Assembly (NCBI RefSeq): GCF_037042905.1
Contig: NC_087245.1
Coordinates: 28,088,001 to 28,152,000 of the forward strand
DNA: 64,000 nt
Source of the DNA: Lytechinus pictus
Lineage: Eukaryota
Direction: 5' to 3'
Below, piece by piece: positions 50,196 through 64,000 of this stretch; position 1 is the first letter of the stretch; every line of letters begins with the position of its first letter. Under the pieces are notes generated by a model. That model was given only the letters and a program-made list of their open reading frames with translations, was not told the DNA's origin and did no database searches. A program made the position numbers and the translations under genes.

Positions 50196-53100
50196 CAGGT
50201 CTCATAAGGTTTATTTTGAAAACGGTTTGTTTGGTGTACTGGTTGGTCATAAGAAGTTAAAAAATTACGTCATAGATGTATTTTCTTCAAGGTTTGACAT
50301 CTTCCAGAATTTGGCAGTACATGAGCTATTTCCAGAGTATGGTGCTGTCTGTAATGATAAGATATTATGAAGTTGAACATATTTCATTAGTTATGTCATG
50401 TTCTAAATGACTTTAATGCTGGGATTAAGATAGGATGGAGTTATGTAATTGTCAAGAAAAATGGGTAACATAGTCATGTCGGTTTAATGTGAGTCCTTGT
50501 TTTGACGATAACAGGAAATTTCAGACAATTTGATTTGGGATATATTCCGGTTTATCCACCTGAGAAGAGGGAAGGTTTTGACAAGTATGTCTGGAAACTT
50601 GTCATTCCTGTCTCCTCCACTAATCAAACATCACTCTAGAATCCGGGCCCAGGAAAGTTAGGCAAACTCCAAGGAACTTTGGCTCAAAGAATGAAGCATA
50701 TGATATATCCATTTCTGAAAGGAACTGTCTATAAATAAACTTGGATACACAGGGGGATACATGTGCATGATATTTTCACAGACGTGCCAAACTCCTAATT
50801 TTTGTTGGTAATATTTGCGTCTATCGCCTGATCTTAAAAATATTTGGAAATTCAGAGTGAAGTTATGTGAATTGATTTTTTTTCATAGATCTTAAAAATA
50901 TTTGGAAATTATCAGTGTGAATTTCCCAAGTGAACATTTTTGTAAGTTTACATACAGGTATAACACGGTCTATATTGTATAGTTTTAATATTCGCTAGTT
51001 CCTTGTCGAGGTGTTGTCTGTCACGGAAAAGTACTAAATGTATTTCCAATATCATGATTTTACAAATGTTTCGCTTTCCATTACGGAAATTCCCTGCTTT
51101 AAAGAGGGCAGTCACTTGGCCTATGCATGCAGTCATGCCGTTCTTAATTCGGACCATACAGACAGTACCATGTTTTTAATGCATGGACCACCCATTCCTC
51201 GGCTAAATTTAAAGCCCTATAAAACCGAGAGACAATTAAAAGGAAAGTATTATACCTCAGTGTGATTCTTTTCATAATTTTCTGATATCCTCTTTGTGTG
51301 GGTTGATACCCTTTGTCGAAGTCTCTTTAAATCTACCCTGGTGATTTTATTGGTATGATTGGCTATTGAATGAGTTCATGACTCAGTCTGACCTGTTGAC
51401 AAGACCGCAAACATGGCAAAGAGGGTCTCCAACAGCTGAACAATGGGTTGAATTTGTTACCATGGTATTTAGTGGGTCATTTAAAAAAATAATGCATTAT
51501 TAGATTATGTAGACCGAGATCAGTTGAATTGTGAACTTCTAGCTCAACATTCATGGGCAAGGAGCGGCACGTTTCCATGATCAAATCCATGAGAAATGTC
51601 CTCTGAAATGTTCATGCTCCTGGTTGTAATCGGACTCAATGCCATCCTCCAGAAGAAGATGCAGACCATTCGTTTCATGTATAGATACATGGTTTCATAC
51701 ACATTGCAGATAAACAATCAATGAAACATTTCATTGTGAATGGATTCATTATACCACGCCAGATTATTTTGATTTTTCCGACTTACGTAGATTGATTGAT
51801 TTTTTAATGGTTCTATCTGTTCGGCTCCAGGTCACCCCCGGGTTTGGCGAGATGATTCTATTGTGTGTCCAAATGGCAGGATGTTCGCTTGATGAAGTAT
51901 GAATAGATGGGGCGTTTGTGGTTTCAAAATCATTAGGAAATGAATTATTATTATTCCAGTCCTGAAATGTTTCAAAGATAGTATTGGGAAGTATAATGTT
52001 GGCGGAAATGTAAACAGAATATATACCTAAAGAGGTTACTGATTTATGGTGTGATTATCCCTGAGCCTTGGCATTGAGGAGGTCGAGCGAGTGCCAATCC
52101 TCTCAGAAATACATGGCAGTATGAACACCCTTGTAATTATAAAGTTGTTTAGCAGAATTTTGGCGATAATATCAGACATCAGCTTGGATCCTATGACTTA
52201 TGTTAAATATATATTCCTGTGTGTGTATATATCGTATAATCGTTAGCGAGCGCCACATTTTTTTTCTTCCAGTAAAATCAGGATATCAGCCATGATCAGA
52301 GGTACATTATTTGTTTTTATCTTCTGGGGAAGAATGATTTTTACTTCACATTTTTTTCATATTGTGTATGTTTTTAATGCAGTATATTATTTTGTTACTG
52401 TTTGCGTTTAACATCGTTTATTCAAAAGTGAATATGACTTCTGTTTAATTATTTTTACGCTATATATTTGGGGTAAAATTGATAATAATTATTTTTTTAA
52501 AGTCATGTTGGATTGATATAAATGTCATATTTGACATAGCCTATTCCCAAGTATTCTGATTCAATTCTTAACATGACCACAGTCAAATTATTGACCCAAC
52601 CATGTTACGTAATAGCGTCACTGATCTAATCATCCAACTAGACTTGTCATCATCAATATTAATTACATTTCCTTAATCAAGAAGATCTAACTCATGTATG
52701 TATTCCTCTGAAACAAGATGCTGACAAGTCTGATAACATCGGGCGCCTTTATGAAACCTATGTAGCAAAAAGTAATGAAATCGTATTTTATTGGCGAATT
52801 TTGGTTTGTAATTGTAAGGCTGTACAGTTTAGGAAATAAGTGGTCAGATAAAGCGTCTGGCTGTCTTGACCACCGCAAATGATTCCACAAGATAACGATA
52901 CAGTCAACATTTGATATCATGATGCTGATTGAGTATCATATCATTGTACATGAATAACATATGCACAGTTTGATATGTGATGCTCTAATGGCCCTTTATA
53001 TGTTCTTTTGTACGTTTTTTTTTACAAAGTACAAATGGCTAAAATGTGCTACTCCCCAAAAAATATTGGTCGAAATGGCATTTTGAACACTGTTGGTACC

Positions 53101-54604
53101 CTTTGCCTACCATGTAGCTTGACCAACAAGGGTGGAGCAATAATTTGTTGGTCGTGCTTTGACCAACTGGTATTCAAAACACAAAATAGTTCGACAAAAT
53201 CGAGAGTTTACCCAATTATTGAGATAAACTTGGCCCATTGATTAATGAAAAAAATTGTCAAATATTATAAATGATGTTCAACTGTCATGTTGCAGAAATT
53301 CAAGTGTCATTGCTCCAGCAGTGATGGAAAATCCTAGTATATACCCCACCTAACACAAGTAATAAACCTGCAACCAGTTATGAATTAAATGAATTATGAC
53401 GTATTGTAACCATTAAGATAGAGTATTTTTTTACAATACGTTTGTGTGTGGGGGGTGTGTACCAGATGGCAATTGCCATTTGGTAATTTTCTTATTTGTC
53501 TAGATGAAAATTACAGATCACCTCTGCGTCATCTCATAAGCTAGGGAATCGTGAAAACACATTGTCCAATGTTTTAAACATTCACTCTCTGTAAGACATT
53601 ATTAGTCACAGCACGGCCTACATGCATCTTCACAGACTAACATTCCATTTTCCCCTTGTAATTCAGTTTAGCCAATATTTCTCAAATTTATTACAATATA
53701 ATCATGTGCAGTAGGCCTAAAAGGGAGAAATTTTGTCTTTTCTCTTGAAGAAAAATAAATGTAATTACACAGAAGAAGCATGGGATAAACTTTGATTATT
53801 TTGATTATTTTGTGACGAATAGAGAGTCATGGCCAAATAAACTTGAGGGGAAATAAAGGTCTGTACTTTTTACTTTATGCAAGGAATAATCAATGCAGCT
53901 CACACTCATGACAATACCTATTGACAGCATTCAAGGCTGTATGACCACTCTTTCTTGCAAGTCCAGGGTGTATATTCCCTTACCTTACCCGTCTGCCCAT
54001 GGAGATATTTCCTGTTCCTACAACCCAATGATTGCTGGTGTACTGGTTTGAACAATGAAGATTTTTATACAATCAATGATATCTGTATCTGTGATTTCCT
54101 GCAAACAGACAGGTATTACACAGCATAAAAAGTGTTATCCAGTGTACATAGAGGACCAAACCAGTCAGTTTACACCGGTGTTAGATTTACAGTAGTTCAA
54201 CACCCATGGTGTTATTACAACACAATTGGTTATTACGTAAACACTATTAGGTGTTATGTTCAAACTCTATCAGTCTACATGGTGTCATTTCAACACCTTA
54301 GGATGTGGTCCTGTATGGGAACACCAACTTGTGTCTTTTTAACACTCTAGTTTTTGCACTTTGTACTTTTTCTTTTTTGCGATCCATCCAATTATACCCG
54401 TCAGTTTCTTGAGAATCTCCAAAAATCCTCACCCCGAAAACCAATTATTACATAATCTATTGTACAAGGTATTTCCCTAAAGAATTTCTAGACTTCTTTG
54501 TGGCGACATGGTTGAGTTGATTCCAGTTTGTTATTGCTAGTTTTGTTTGGAAGCCAATCATGACAATAGTAACAGTAATCATTGATATAATGAGCAAGCC
54601 TTAA

Positions 54605-54794
54605 AGGGGAAGTCCATCCCACAAAAAATATATAAACGAAAAGAGAAAATAATGTTTGGTGTGGGGTCAGCTGTCGTAACCTTCCTATTTTAAATCTTAT
54701 TTAGATTAAATCTTCAGATTAAAGCTGTACTCGTTATTATCTCTCTTTATGAAAAAAAAAATCAAGTCAACTCTTTCTTTGGATGGACTTGCCT
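54605..54794. mobile_element. Kolobok-like MITE relic
   Basis: TTAA-AGGGGAAGTCCATCC ... GGATGGACTTGCCT-TTCA. Confidence 0.6.
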
Positions 54795-54914
54795 TTCAAT
54801 GTGGAAAGGCGCATGCAGCGCTTCAGTCCTTAGTCTTGATTGGATGATATTGTTTCCCTGGGCACTACGACCTATTAAAGTATCAAATACCCTATAAAAT
54901 AGTCCGAGGGCGTA

Positions 54915-55157
54915 CACTCTAAATTACAGGGATTTAAAATTAGTCCACATGGACTGTAGTTAGGGACCAATCGAATTCCGGATTTAATTGAATCCTTCAG
55001 ATTCCTTTTTTAAATCTCGAAAGATTTAAATTTAATTTGAATTTAAATCATTTGAGATTTAAATTTAAGTCTTTAGGATTAAAACAAAATCCAGAAATCG
55101 ATTGGTCCCTAACTACAATCCATCTAGACTTATTTTAAATCCCTGTAATTTAGAGTG
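54915..55157. mobile_element. Fully palindromic MITE with CACT termini and TA flanks (EnSpm/CACTA-like or Tc1-type)
   Basis: CACTCTAAATTACAGGGATTTAAAAT mirrored by ATTTTAAATCCCTGTAATTTAGAGTG. Symmetry continues to the centre. TA on both sides. Confidence 0.88.
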
Positions 55158-56084
55158 TACCCACCCCCTATACCAGAGGGCGTATCGACCCCTCCCCCCT
55201 CCCCATCTCCGCCGATCGCCTTCCCAGGTTCTGATAAACTCGGGGTATCACCTTTTAGAGCAAAATCGTGCACCCCTCTAATTGTTCGGTGCCCATCACC
55301 CTTTATCAAATACTATTTACAAACAAGTCATGGGAGAAATATTTCTCACCCAATAATAAAACCCAACTTACCATGAAACATGCACGTAACTGATGGGCTT
55401 TGGTGCGAATCAAAACGGTTTACCATTTTTTTATTATTCTAAGGGGGAAAGACACTGAAATTCTCTCTTGTGATAGAAATATGTATATTAGAGGGAGAGA
55501 GAGATAGAGGGAGATGTATGTGGGTATGTGAGAGACAGAGAGGGAGAAAGAGGGGGGGGGGGTAATATGCCCACGATAGCTTGAAAATATCAAATATAGT
55601 CATTTCAAAAACAAATATTGGGAAAAAATATGATCACAAACATATCGACCAATGTGACACAGAGTGGTCATGCATGGTAATTAGTATGTATATTTCCTTG
55701 CCATGCTCCAAGGTCATTTTACGATGATTTGTTTTGGACTTGATCAGACACCGGTCAAGATAACATCGTAAAAATTAATTGAGCCCATCCAGGTAAACAT
55801 TACAAACAACTTCTGAGACAGAGAGAACAGAGCGTCCATCGCCCCTGTGCAGCCTTCGATGCTGACCGTGAGGAAATTTGCTTAATTGATACACAGTTTA
55901 TCAAAGATAATTTTAATTATGACTTCCCTTACTTTCACTATAACCTGAACAGATGCGTATTTAATAGACTCATGATAAATTTTGATGAAATCCACAAAAT
56001 GTTTTTTCTTATGTTTTTTTTTTTTACTTTAATAGTACGGTCACAAAGGCGAAACCAACGCAAGACACACGGTTTATTTCCATG

Positions 56085-56464
56085 TGGAATAATGCCAATT
56101 CGTCCAATTACCAACTCGTCTACTATGCAAATGGTCTAATTGCCATTTCGTCTACTCACCATTTTTTTCTTCTAATAACCAGTTGGTACAATAGCCACTT
56201 GATCCATATACCATTTGGTCTAATTTGACTAAGTGTTAATTGGGCGAAATGAATGAAAAGAAAGTGGGTATTAGACCAACTGTTATGAGACGAAATGGTC
56301 ATAGAAGAACTGGTGATTATTTGACCAAATGGTTATTGGACCAAATAGCTGTTAGACGAAATGTTGACAGATGGAATTGTATTAGAGTAAATGAAGGTAG
56401 ATGAATGAGAGTAGACCATGTGACGAGTTGACGAAGTGGTAATAGACGAATCGGCAGTTCACCA
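56085..56464. mobile_element. Foldback-like element built of ~15-bp periodic subrepeats
   Basis: The left arm repeats ttcgtcta/ttggtcta and the right arm repeats tagacgaa/tagaccaa. Ends tggaataatgccaattcgtc / gacgaatcggcagttcacca. Confidence 0.7.
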
Positions 56465-57133
56465 GACAGTTTGGAGCTAATCATACCACTTGTTGGTTTG
56501 GAGTCTTGTTTCGTTGACGAGACTGTATAAGAGAGTGCTCATTGTATCTCTTTGATATCAGTGTATTCAATAGATTTTTGTTGGAAGATTCATCCCTAAT
56601 TCCCTTTGGTATTTCTTGTGCGTTTCAAACATGAAAAGAAATACCTCTGTTGAATTCTTCGCATAGTTTCGCCCTTATAATATTTGGAGAATATACCGCA
56701 TGGTGTCTGTCTTAAAAAAAAGGAATCGAAGTTTGCTTAACTTGTGTTAGTAGAATGGATTGCGCATTGTGTCAAGAAATAAATCCTTGATTTAATGCTC
56801 TCGAAGATTCAAATCGATTGTTCTCAAAAATAGCTTTTCGAGTAAATAAAAGACATTGGACGTCATATTTAACATTCGAAGGATGTGAGAGCATTAAGTC
56901 ACACCCTTTTCCAAATCCCCCGGTTTTATCGACTTTGAAGTTTCATGATGGTTATACGTTAAAGGATCCATATCAAATTGACATATCTCATCCAAGTTTG
57001 TTTCCGTTTATAGCCCCCGTAAACACAAATCTTAACGATTAATCGTACAATCAATTGTAGGATTGATTGCGCAAAGTGACCCATGTAAATATCCAGCTAC
57101 TATTGACTTTTCAATATTGCGCATAAGGACCTG

Positions 57134-57270
57134 GAGAGTGTTTCATGAAGGACTTGTAGGACGTTTTATCCGACAAATACAATAGTAACAGTACCTCTCA
57201 GCCAATCAGATTCAAGGAAAGTTGTCAGATCTGACAACTTGTCGGACAAAAATGTTGATGAAACGCTCTC
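57134..57270 (-). mobile_element. PIF/Harbinger-like MITE (137 bp)
   Basis: TIR GAGAGTGTTTCATGAA / TTGATGAAACGCTCTC with CTG on both flanks. Reverse complement of 61461-61606. Confidence 0.82.
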
Positions 57271-60200
57271 CTGACCACATCCCGACCTTTGATTGGATGA
57301 AAGTTTAGATCCCCCTAAACGGAGGACGGGAATTGGTACCCGGATGTGGCTGTGTGTTTGCGGGGGAAGTGACTTGCGCAGACTGATGGTGTAAAACAAA
57401 TGTATAATATATTGTATTTTCGGATGGGAAAAAATACATTCTCTCGCCCATGTCAAGTGGGAAAATCAATACATATTTTCTTTGGGGGGGAGGCTATTTG
57501 TTTTTACCCTTCACCCTATCTGTTTGAATTATTTGTAAAAAAAAATGTCCTTTTTCCAGAAAACATTGAAGCAGATTCTTACCCAGGTAGGACTCTGACG
57601 GACCTGCATGCTTCCACTTCCTTTGCCCCTCCCCTGCATCTATCTATATCATTATCTGTCTATTTCACGATCTACCCACCTATCTATCTATCTACCTTTT
57701 ATCTATCACTTTATCTATGTGTTTATCTTTCTTTCTTTCGCTCTCCCTCTCTGTCTCTCTTCTGCCTGTGGCTCATTGTTTTGTTTCATTTGTTCCCAGA
57801 CGTTTAGACTCTTTCATGGATGATATGAGCAAGGCGGGAAGCTGAGACAGTATGTGACATTCTCATTTCCTATTCGCAAGGTTGATTGGAAGGCGAATGT
57901 TCATGACGTATTTAAATATATCTAGATATCATGGCTGGCACCTTGTCCAGGTCAACCAAAGTTATATTCAAGTTATTACCCCAATCGGTTACTGGAGATA
58001 CTCTCAAGAATTCATGATAGTTGTTCAAAATCACAAGAATGCATCAGCAGCAACGGGCAGCGCAACAAGTTGCATAAAATTTGCGAGGGTCGACATTGTT
58101 CACAAACAAAACGTGTCGTTTCTTAAAATACACCAACGTCCTTGCCGAGGGTTTAGAGTCTGAGACGTTGTATTGTGATCGGATAAATTAGAGGAAGGTG
58201 GATAAATGTTGGGAAAATATATGGTTCACGTTATCCCTTTGATGCTTCAAATGGCATTGATAGGGGTACATGAATAAAGCCATATGAGCAAATGAAGAGT
58301 TGGACTGCTGAATGAAGTCTGTCTAGACCCAGCACAAACATGGGAACTGAATACCGCACCAAGACCGTTCCAATACTGCAACCAATCAGTAATAATGCTC
58401 GAATATCCTAGTCCCCTTCAAATGTTAAACGATCATAAGCCTAAGTTAAATATCAGGTTATAGCGTTTCAGTTTTTCGGTTGTGTTCACAAAAAGGTTAT
58501 GGGTGATATGCATCTTAATTTTTGTAGATAGGATGATATAGAAGCTCTTGATCTTAAACTAAGTTTATGAAGTTTCATAAGTGGTTATTCGAAATTTTGA
58601 AGAAGTAAACCATATTTTACACGAGAATACTTTTCTTTTTCTTTTTATTTTGTTTATATTTTTCCTCATTCTATTTTTGCTTAACTATTTTCAGAGAGAA
58701 ATAGGCCCATTTGTGTACCGATAATATATTTTCTTTGTAATACATTATTTCACTGAAATAAGAGTTTGGGTGGTCCTTTCAGGACCAACACTTGCCCAAG
58801 ATAGATACATGGTGTACCGTGAAACATACAAGTACTACACGATACATTACTTAATATGTTGTTTTTTGTAGGGGCGACAATTAGGTCACACAACAATCAC
58901 GTCTTTCGGGTCTTGTAAAATGTCATTCAAATTTGAGCAATTCCCTCCTTCCTCCTTCCCCGATAAAATCCATGATCTACAACTGAAATCGAATATGATT
59001 GATTGGCTTTATAAAGAGTAGAAAATTATATGACAGTTCTGCAGAAGTAGGAGCGAATGGTGACAAAAGTCTCTAAAATCGTAGGAACGTTATTTAGCAT
59101 GGTGATTGATGGCAACTTGCAATAGTTTGAATTATATGTACCGATTTGTTATTCTCATTTCCTTCCTTTCTATCCTGGTGAATCAGATATGAGAAGGAAA
59201 ATCCCCTTGACCGTATAATACCATTTTATTTTACGATGTCAATGAAATCCCTTGACATCACGCAGCAATTTTGAAGACCAAGGTTCGAGCGATGTAAATT
59301 TAGGTTTACAACACGCAATATTGTTTTTCAGAAAGAAAATCATATTGTTGCTGATATGCGACGGGATGTAGACATGTAATTGTTAGCGCTTTACTCGTCA
59401 TGCAGTAAATATTTCATATTTCTCCCCCACAAATCCTCAAATATTCTAATCCCATTGTTTCCTGTCATTTCTTTCCTGATCTTTCTCGAGTTTGACATTC
59501 TTTTGCCGCCTTCATTTTGACCAACGTTGGTTAGCAAACACAGACACAATGGGCTGCCACCGCTCACTGCATTCCGGAGTTGGTATGTCGAAATCCACGG
59601 TGGGTGTGCTCTGAAGTTTCACATCGCATGAATAGAATTGACGATTAATCGGTAGTAAATATAACAAACCTTGACATGCTTTTATCTGTATGAAATAGTC
59701 ATTAGGTTTTATCCGATTTTGATATCAACGTGTCACTTTTGATGTCAAAGTTATCATAAGATCAGCTTTTACCCTCGGTTGTGCAGATGTTGGCATTGGA
59801 CTGTATTATATTTCACTAAGCCTGGCCTAGGCCCAGCCTAAGTACGTGATTTTAGTTTTAGAATAGAAACCCCATCATGCTCACCGAGTGTACAATCTGA
59901 ATCCATCAACTCCTGACTTTATTGAAAAACGTCCGTAGAATTATAGGTTTGATAAATGATTAGACACTTATCACACAGATTTGGATAATTATGTTATCAG
60001 TTCGTTCACAGGCACATCAGGACGACTGATATTCACATGAATAACAACTCGGTAGATCAAAACATGATTGATTCACTCTGTAAATTGAACATTTTCTTTA
60101 TCCATGAAGAAATACAAAGAAACACCTTGAAATGGTCTTAATTATCATTATATTCTCGATCAACATTAAATTGGCGCTATGACGATAATCTCCCATCAAG

Positions 60201-61460
60201 GGTATTGCGAGGTCATCATTAATTTTCCACACAAAAAAATACGAATGGGTTTTTTATCCTTTTGAACTAAACTGATCATAAGATTGGTCTCTTATAAATC
60301 TGCAAAATTGCTAGAATATTAAAGGGCACAGAACAATAAAGTCCCATGCCCTCAAATCGAGGGTAATGCTGACTAATAACTTTCAGAAACGGTAATAGAT
60401 CATAGCTCCCATGCTCATGTGATTGACCCAGAGTATCTTCCTATTCATTTGTTATAGTTTCAAATAGTTTGAAACTAATCGTAAAATTGCTGAAAATGGC
60501 ACATTTCAGTCTAGCTGACGGGAAGTGAGCTTCCAACCCTCCCTAAAATACATGAAATACATTTACTAGTACTATGAAAATGTATGTCAGATTGAAAGGA
60601 ATCTTTTGAACCTGGAAGGAAGATGATAAATACTCGGAAAAGGTTAAACACTCAACGGAAATTTACGTCATTAGTTGCATAACAATGTGTTAGTATATAT
60701 TATGACCAGGAATAATTTGTGTCGGATGAATCCGCTATGTTCTTATTCTCCAGGTACCGACTTGATATTTTGATTAATTTGTTGCTTTCTTCTGCAGTCA
60801 TAATTCGCATAATACATTTGCCCACAACATAATAAAAAATAACGTGACCTAACAAGGAATGTCGTTTATATTCTGAATTCAATTATTATATCCCTTTGAC
60901 CAGGTAAACTTCTTAAAATACATAATTTACATTCTGGAGTGACAATGATTATGACTGTCTTGCATTTGTTCTAAGTCATTATAATGTCACTTTATTGCAT
61001 ATCGGATTTCCGATATTGACTGTTATCATCAACAGACAATGTCATGTCCTTAACCTTAGGCTCGTTGGGTTTTCATTCTTCCTCACTTTTACTCCATAAC
61101 AATGTACATGGAATGTGTGTTTTAAATGGGGGGGGGGGTGACCTGGGTTGTTATTCTATTTAATACAAACGGCAAAATCATTATTTTACTCAGTATTCTG
61201 CTTAAGTAAAATACTTAATCTATAGTATCAATACTTTCAATTAATATCGATCCTGGTGATTTTATGAGTGTATAGAAAAAAATATCAACAACAAAATTGT
61301 GTTAGCGATAGCCTGTTTCTCAAAATGGACAGTCCATTTCATCCATGGAGCTCTGTTTGTAGTAGCTCCACGTTTGATCTATATAGAATTAGTAGTTGTA
61401 TAGTTGGGTTCTGTCGAGAAAAAGGATAGATCCTCAATGATATAGCCAGGAAGAGATCAG

Positions 61461-61606
61461 GGGAGCGTTTCATCAACATTTTCATCCGACAAGTTGTCAG
61501 ATCTGACATCTTTCCTTGATTCTGATTGGCTGAGAGGTACTGTTACTATGGTAATTGTCGGATAAAACATAACTTGTCGGACAAAGTCCCTTCATGAAAC
61601 GCTCCC
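61461..61606 (+). mobile_element. PIF/Harbinger-like MITE, same family as 57134-57270
   Basis: TIR GGGAGCGTTTCAT / ATGAAACGCTCCC with CAG/CTG flanks. Internal ccgacaagttgtcagatctgaca and ctgattggctgag are shared with the other copy. Confidence 0.82.
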
Positions 61607-62293
61607 CTGGAGGGGGTGGTGGTTACTTGTCAGACCCGAAGTCAAGTCTGGGAGTATTAACTCAAATCCCTCTATCCTACTTCTGGACTTCCGAGGGAAG
61701 TCAAGATGCGAGTGATGAAAAATTGGCCGTAATTCGTGTTTCCTTCGCTCGGTCTGAAACATTTCAGGAGAAGCCAAAAGGGCTGAGCCTTATTGAATGC
61801 ACGTGAGATTTTGTCCTTAGGTCGTACCTTAGCTTAAAGGTACCTCAAACGAATTCTATCCTCGAATTTTGCGATTGTCAAGATTGTGATCATGGGTAAC
61901 AATATAAAGTTTGCATGCCCCATTTGGCATTTTCATATATCTGATCACAGAGCGTTAGTTTACAAACTGAATACATTTGTTGTTGTCAAAATGAGTTGAA
62001 ATATCAGATATCTCTGACCTTAGTTTTATTACAACGATAGGTTTCTAGGTTTCTACTCTTTTTAGATTGTCAAGAAGGTTTTATTTAATTGCATATGCCA
62101 CATATGATATTTCTATCAAAATGAAACTAAATCATAAGTGTTTTTTTATTACATGGTAAATTTTTTTTTTAAGGTCGAATTAGAATTGAAAGTTGATCCT
62201 TCATGATGTTAATGACCCCACCTTAAAATATGGCCTCCTGTAATCGAATGAAGAAACGTGGCTCAAGAGACGCCGTACCCGGTACTGTTATAT

Positions 62294-62354
62294 TTATGGA
62301 GCAGAATATACTCATAACCATGATAACGAGTAATGAGTATATTCTGCTCCATAA
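62294..62354. repeat. Perfect 22-bp hairpin with 17-nt loop
   Basis: TTATGGAGCAGAATATACTCAT (62294-62315) and ATGAGTATATTCTGCTCCATAA (62333-62354). Confidence 0.88.
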
Positions 62355-63354
62355 GCATATACCAACGTTGGATGCAGCAACGGTTTATTGATATCATATT
62401 ATTTAGTAGAAGAAAAAAAACCTATCGACATCGGCAAAAAAATGTGGTGAAAATTTGACTTGCCTCTAAAATGTACCCGATGTAAGAGCAAAATGAAATA
62501 ACTCGATAAAGGTGAAAATTCCCCGTAAATTGCTACTGAGTTTGATACCAAATCTATTTTCCAAAGCACGAAAATAGGAAATTGCCCCCAATACAGAAAT
62601 TCCTAACTTTGATGTCTTTAGGGAGCGTTTAGCATCGATTTTTTTCAAAGTGAAAAAATGGCTTTCACCACGATGGTGGTGCGACTAGAGCCGACTAAAT
62701 TGGGACCGTCGTGATTAATGTACAGAACAAACTGCGACCATGGACCTTAAACTACATGCTACAATCAACTGCTCGCAAGGTCAATCCACCCATCCACCCT
62801 CAAAATGAATGAATAAATAAAAAAAAACTAATGAAAATAAATAAATTAGTCGGTCAATGAATATATCAATTCATACATTAATAGATAAATGAATAATTTA
62901 AAAATGTAAATTATGAATTAAAAAATGAATGAATAAATGACTAAAATAGAAAACAAGTAAATAAATTCACAAAAACACTGGTAAAAGCAATTAATAAAAT
63001 AAAAGTTACTGATTTTGTAAGCAAAGTGAGCAGACGTGACCAAATAAGATATCAAAACAAGGCAGTAGACAACAAATCAATAGGGAAAGAGAAGACTTCA
63101 ATCCATTTGTTTCTTGTACAGAAGAAGCTTGAGATATGACTCATGACAAGGGCAGTGAAGCCAATTTGGTTTGGAATCCAGGGATCCTAATCGTACAGGA
63201 GATGGAAAAGAAACCCTATTGATATGTTTGTTATATCTCAACTGCCTCTTTTCTTTGTTTTCTCCTCTCTCTAAAGTATAGAACCTTATAAAATCTTGTT
63301 CCTCTCTTTCTGATTTTGATTTGTCGATACGCCCCCTTTTGTGCCTTCTTGTTC

Positions 63355-63400
63355 CTTCACCCCCCTTCCCCTCCCCCTCTCTCTTTTTCGCTCTGTCTGT

Positions 63401-63431
<31 letters not shown>
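63355..63431. repeat. Pyrimidine tract / poly-C plus (CT)n microsatellite
   Basis: Direct reading. It accounts for the ERER-rich spurious ORF 63098..63601. Confidence 0.85.
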
Positions 63432-64000
63432 GATTCTCCACTTTCATCCTTCAACATGTCTTTCACGAAGTACGATCCCCATTCAAAATTCGTCGCTGTC
63501 TTATTCTGAAGTAAAAAGGCTGGCGCATGTCTGCGCTGAAGCAGTATTGTGGTCATGATAGAGTATGACTTTTGGAGCACATTTAGTGACGGTTCTGACA
63601 AAAGTGATTGTTCAATAATTAATTGATTTAAATTTCCAGAAACTACTGTGATATTGTAGTTTTTATTCGTAGCTAGGAGTCATAGAATCATTAAAATATG
63701 AAATGAGAAAAATTGAGGAAAAGGTTATTTAATTTGAATTATGCTGATCTTGTTTTCATAAGTTAAGATATATTTTTACTTACTAAACTAAGGATGACCT
63801 TTTGTCAGCACCCAACATCGTATATCCAACTTTTTCGATGGCGTACCGTTTTTTTTTTATTCCTTGATTCACTCTGATGTATTTTGCAAGCCGTATCCTT
63901 TTATTGTAATTCCCCAGCCGCATTTATTGTATATAACTATTTTTATTATCTTTATTAATAAATTAATTGAATTGAACAGGGTTTAAAGAAGTTTGGCGCC

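Noticed and set aside
57400..57823. 135-aa hydrophobic ORF
   Set aside because: Produced by (TCTA)n and CT-rich simple sequence.
63098..63601. 167-aa minus-strand ORF
   Set aside because: Openness comes from a purine tract and (GA)n microsatellite, with no domain signal.

Overview
Eukaryotic, AT-rich, intron-containing animal DNA. The SINE/MITE repertoire and frequent poly-C/G tracts suggest an echinoderm such as a sea urchin, but that is inference. Two + strand genes are partly visible. (1) <1-15951 is the 3' part of a giant single-pass membrane protein gene. Six coding exons (<2-3049, 3513-4456, 6109-6206, 6727-6997, 7234-8907, 9435-15951) join with GT-AG sites and consistent phases into one open frame of at least 4183 aa. 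The protein is a tandem array of a ~625-645 aa super-module [EGF-like cluster - VWD - LamG/pentraxin-like - reduced C8-like], with 6 complete copies plus a partial seventh visible, followed by a WWWW-initiated transmembrane helix and a ~100 aa acidic tail. I cannot name an orthologue, and this is the most interesting object in the window. (2) A gene with a probable non-coding first exon ending at 23498 and a first coding exon at 28937-29684. This exon ends in IGESLAWLKREL (FAM167/AARD-like) and carries a canonical LC8-binding DRSTQT motif. No next exon was seen, so 29685-64000 is probably one long intron. The rest is non-coding DNA rich in transposon relics: a decayed long-TIR DD41D (rosa-type) Tc1/mariner element, nested hAT-type MITEs with intact 8-bp TSDs, PIF/Harbinger-, EnSpm- and Kolobok-type MITEs, LINE 3' ends, a tRNA-derived SINE, tandem repeats and microsatellites. 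No rRNA, tRNA gene or CRISPR array was seen.
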